64,000 bases of DNA. It comes from Candidatus Kapaibacterium sp. (GTDB lineage: Bacteria; Bacteroidota; Ignavibacteria; Kapaibacteriales; UBA2268). The stretch covers positions 1,728,001-1,792,000 of the forward strand of contig OY761611.1 in NCBI GenBank assembly GCA_963664875.1, given 5' to 3'. Made by a program: the position numbers and the translations under genes. Below, piece by piece: positions 60,855-64,000 of the stretch. Within the stretch, counting starts at the first letter, position 1, and each line of letters starts with the position of its first letter. The notes under the pieces are model-generated. The model was not told the DNA's origin, made no database searches, and worked only from the letters and a program-made list of their open reading frames with translations.

Positions 60855-61857
60855 ATTGGAATAGTTTTTCTCTCATATTTTGATAAGAGTATTTTGCAAT
60901 AAGCTCAATATCAGGATTAGCATTTTGCTTGTAGAAGTCCGGGTCAGTCGCAAGTCTTTTGCCAAGATTTATAGCTTTATCTATCTGGAATTCATTATCC
61001 ACAGTTAGTTCCGGGAACAAAGTCGTTCCATGTCCGGTAGATTTAGTGGTAATAATAGGAATTCCGAGAGCAGCTGCATCTAACACGTACCTTGCCCATG
61101 TATAGCGTTCGTCAAGATTCACCCAAAAATAGGTGTTGCTAAGTTGATGAAAATAGTCTTTAAGAGTATAGGCTCTACGGATTTCGAGCTTATCGTCTTT
61201 ATAGAATTTCTTTACTTTGTCCATACGGATATTACCATTTAAAGTACCGTATTTTTTTAGCATTTTTGGAATATTCCTCAAAGTTCTATGCTCTTTTTCT
61301 TCGATGCCAAAGTAAGGCAGCCCGCTTGCACGAGCAACAGAGTGATCGTTCCACCTTTTTAGAAGCATAGGAGCAATAAAGACTTCTCGCTTTCTTTCAC
61401 CAATGCTTTTCCTAAGATTGTACACATTTTCAACAGGATAAGGCACTCCAATAAATTCAGCTTTTGTACCGGTCAGTTCTCTGAAAAATGGAAGCGATTG
61501 TTCGTTTATTACATTGATTAAATCTGAAGCTGCAAAGATTTCTTTAATATAAGACATCGGTCTCAAATATTCTTTGGCACAGCCTTCTATCAGAGAAATC
61601 CACTTTACGCTCTGATTTCTGCCTGTGCAAAGCTGAAGCAGTTTTTCCTGATATTTTGGAGCAAAGTTAGTATTTCCGATTACTATATCAAAGCTGTCAA
61701 CGATTTGCTGAGTACACTCAAAAACATTGCAGTATTCGCCATCGCAAGCGTAAACCCAAGATTCTATTCCTGTCATAAAGTCTCTGAAATGAGGGCGTTC
61801 AGATGCCTTCCATCTACCAAGATTATCTGCAATAACTAATACTTTTGGGAATTGCAT
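60847..61857 (-). CDS. GT-B glycosyltransferase-like protein
   Basis: TWARYVLDAAALGIPIITT resembles the GT-B donor-binding motif. Confidence 0.65.
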   Translation of the reverse strand: MQFPKVLVIADNLGRWKASERPHFRDFMTGIESWVYACDGEYCNVFECTQQIVDSFDIVIGNTNFAPKYQEKLLQLCTGRNQSVKWISLIEGCAKEYLRPMSYIKEIFAASDLINVINEQSLPFFRELTGTKAEFIGVPYPVENVYNLRKSIGERKREVFIAPMLLKRWNDHSVARASGLPYFGIEEKEHRTLRNIPKMLKKYGTLNGNIRMDKVKKFYKDDKLEIRRAYTLKDYFHQLSNTYFWVNLDERYTWARYVLDAAALGIPIITTKSTGHGTTLFPELTVDNEFQIDKAINLGKRLATDPDFYKQNANPDIELIAKYSYQNMREKLFQSI

Positions 61858-61983
61858 AATTGCTCTTTTCTCACAAATCGCACAATCAAATAACTTTAAA
61901 TATACAATACTTTTGCTAATAATCTTAAGCAAAATAGAAATAGGGTAAGTTGAAGCTAAGGAATACTTCCATTATTTTATAAG

Positions 61984-62922
61984 CTAACTGTCCATCTCCT
62001 GAACAATAGTAAAGAGACCTTTGTTTCTATATACTTCACAAATCTCTTCAGCGTATTTTTCGGAAAAATATCTTTCGAGCGAGAAGGCAATGCCTCCGGC
62101 AACTTGCTTTTCCTCCGCATCAGGCTTTATTTGACGAATTAGGGCAGTTTGTTCTTCGTTTTGCGGCACTATCAATACGTGGAAATAGCTTTTTGCATTT
62201 TCTCCGCTCAGATAGTGCGAGGCTATAGCATCTAACTCAGAGAAAATAATTTCCTCTTCTTTGGAGACAAGCTCATCTGCTTTTACTAATGTCTCCAATA
62301 AATCAATCAGCTGAGCCAACTGCTCATGTTTAGGTTCAGTAGCGAGGTAGTTCTGCATACCACTCCTGAGATTGTTCAATTTATCTGCAAAAGAGAGTGC
62401 AGAATTTACTTCTGGCTGCTGCAAATTGAAATCAATATTCCATGCATTGGCAAAATCATTTATTAACTTCTCTTCCTTTTTATCCAAATTATTATCTATC
62501 CACGCTAACTGATTGAGAATTTCAAGGATTGCTTTGGCTTCGGTTTTACCTGAAAGCGTATTAAGCAGGTAAGTCGCTTCTTTTCTCTCGAGAGTAATCG
62601 CATTTTTTATCAACTGCATGAATCCTAATTTCTTATTGCCCCCAACAAAAAAACCTGTACTGATCACAAGTAAAATCAATGTTTCGAAGATATAAATGGC
62701 ATTATCCACTATTGAGGTATATTCTCCGATAATGATATATTTCACAGTCCACACCACGAGTATAAAAAGAGACAGAGAAAGCCCCAAAATAGACTGCGAC
62801 TCTGCTACTTCCCTTTCTGCTTTCCTCTTCCAAATTTTATTTACTTTCAGATACACTTCTAAAAGGGCAAAACCAAGAGCTACATATATAATCAAATCAA
62901 GTATTTTTACGATTAGTTCCAT
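61984..62922 (-). CDS. Membrane protein with TerB-like domain
   Basis: Three N-terminal TM helices; LAWIDNNLDKKE and LVKADELVSKEE TerB half-motifs. Confidence 0.75.
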   Translation of the reverse strand: MELIVKILDLIIYVALGFALLEVYLKVNKIWKRKAEREVAESQSILGLSLSLFILVVWTVKYIIIGEYTSIVDNAIYIFETLILLVISTGFFVGGNKKLGFMQLIKNAITLERKEATYLLNTLSGKTEAKAILEILNQLAWIDNNLDKKEEKLINDFANAWNIDFNLQQPEVNSALSFADKLNNLRSGMQNYLATEPKHEQLAQLIDLLETLVKADELVSKEEEIIFSELDAIASHYLSGENAKSYFHVLIVPQNEEQTALIRQIKPDAEEKQVAGGIAFSLERYFSEKYAEEICEVYRNKGLFTIVQEMDS

Positions 62923-62927
62923 AGTGT

Positions 62928-63998
62928 TTAAACCTGCCCTTTTAGTAAGATAATTTTATCACCGGAAAGGAGATTGCCCGATTCAATTTTTTCAATTTTA
63001 TGTGAGTTATGGTTATACTTTCCAAATACTACTGCTCTTGCATCAAATTGTAATATCAGGTCTTCCGGTAAATCTTCATATTTGATTGGTGCAATTTCAA
63101 AGCTTTTGGTATTGAATATTGCTTCAATTATTTGCTTAGAATCAGGATTGAGAGCAAACTGTGCTAAAATAGCATACGTTAGTCGCTGCAGACTTAGATA
63201 ATTATCCGGCATCAAATCCTCACCGAGTTTAGTATTTACTATTTCAGCAAGAATTTCTATGTTTAGATTCTGCTTAGTCAAAATGTCTTTAATATAAGTG
63301 TAACACAGCACCGCTTCTGTGTCTGCTTTGCTAAAATCAACAAAATCGGAATAATTAATTATATATATCCTATCGTATTTCTGCCAATCGAGTAACAAAA
63401 GCTGGTCGTAATCATTATGAAGGTAATGCCCAATAGAAATCTTGATATTATTAGTTTTGTTTGTAATTTCAGGCAACTCAGGCAAAATTTTTGGAGTAAT
63501 GAGTATTTCAATATTGAAATCTTTACCGTAGCTATCCATTTCATCTATTACACTAAACAAGTAATCATTGAAACCAATTATCAAAATATTTTTGATGGCA
63601 TTATTAGTGTTAAATTCCAATTGAGTTGATTTTGAAGTTTGTCTTTTACTGATTTCCGAATACTCAAAAGATTCGGAATCATCTGCTATAGCTATCAGTT
63701 CATCACTCGTACCAATAACATAATCATGTTCCGGAAGAAACACTATTTCATTGTTAGTGCGTTTTATACCTATCAACAATGCATCTTTAAAGTTATTGAT
63801 AAGATTGCCAAATGTTTGCCCTGCAGCTTTATCAATACGTTTGACATATACTTCCCTTCCTTCAAACGAAAGTAGCTCTTCATAAACTTTAAAAGTAAGA
63901 GGTTCGAGGATTGAAAGTGCAATAATTCTGCTGATAATCCCATTGTTATCAACAGGTAGAAATCTATCATTCAATATATTTTTGCAGAATGGTCTCAG
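62928..63998 (-). CDS. CASTOR/POLLUX-like ion channel, RCK-containing C-terminal part (5' truncated by window edge)
   Basis: VYEELLSFEGREVY, LIGI, LIAIADD, ILIIGFN, ADTE, ILAEI; frame is open to the window end. Confidence 0.75.
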   Translation of the reverse strand: MRPFCKNILNDRFLPVDNNGIISRIIALSILEPLTFKVYEELLSFEGREVYVKRIDKAAGQTFGNLINNFKDALLIGIKRTNNEIVFLPEHDYVIGTSDELIAIADDSESFEYSEISKRQTSKSTQLEFNTNNAIKNILIIGFNDYLFSVIDEMDSYGKDFNIEILITPKILPELPEITNKTNNIKISIGHYLHNDYDQLLLLDWQKYDRIYIINYSDFVDFSKADTEAVLCYTYIKDILTKQNLNIEILAEIVNTKLGEDLMPDNYLSLQRLTYAILAQFALNPDSKQIIEAIFNTKSFEIAPIKYEDLPEDLILQFDARAVVFGKYNHNSHKIEKIESGNLLSGDKIILLKGQV

Positions 63999-64000
63999 TG

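Overview
AT-rich bacterial chromosomal segment, most likely from the Bacteroidota-Chlorobiota-Ignavibacteria superphylum. The Ca. Kapabacteria/Ignavibacteria-like assignment is an inference from several T9SS C-terminal-domain proteins with ASH/choice-of-anchor-D repeats, a PorZ-like gene and D-S/T-rich envelope proteins. Housekeeping genes include metG, coaD, mnmG, catalase, an lpxH-like gene, dnaX, aspartate kinase, initiator tRNA-Met, nfnAB, a CoA-transferase, mreCD, ALDH, FKBP and ribH, mixed with many envelope and regulatory genes. I saw no prophage, intact transposase, CRISPR array or rRNA. The most unusual signal is a non-coding cassette at about 11760-12160. Two convergent sigma54-type promoters, each with an IHF-like site behind it, point into the same ~80-nt two-hairpin element, which has a terminator for each strand (candidate sense/antisense sRNA pair). 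Other highlights: an A11 slippage site in dnaX with immediate stops in both shifted frames; a cNMP-domain-aspartase fusion; an SPL-like radical SAM fused to a PolX 8-kDa-like domain; a dual-membrane-spanning anti-sigma/ECF pair; a BlaI/M56-TonB module with visible operators facing a TonB-dependent receptor; a TMEM260-like (DUF2723) GT-C alongside strong D-S/T sequon enrichment; an anchored beta-carbonic anhydrase beside a His-rich barrel; and a 3TM-TerB fusion beside a CASTOR/POLLUX-like channel. All calls are by-eye motif recognition with no database searches.
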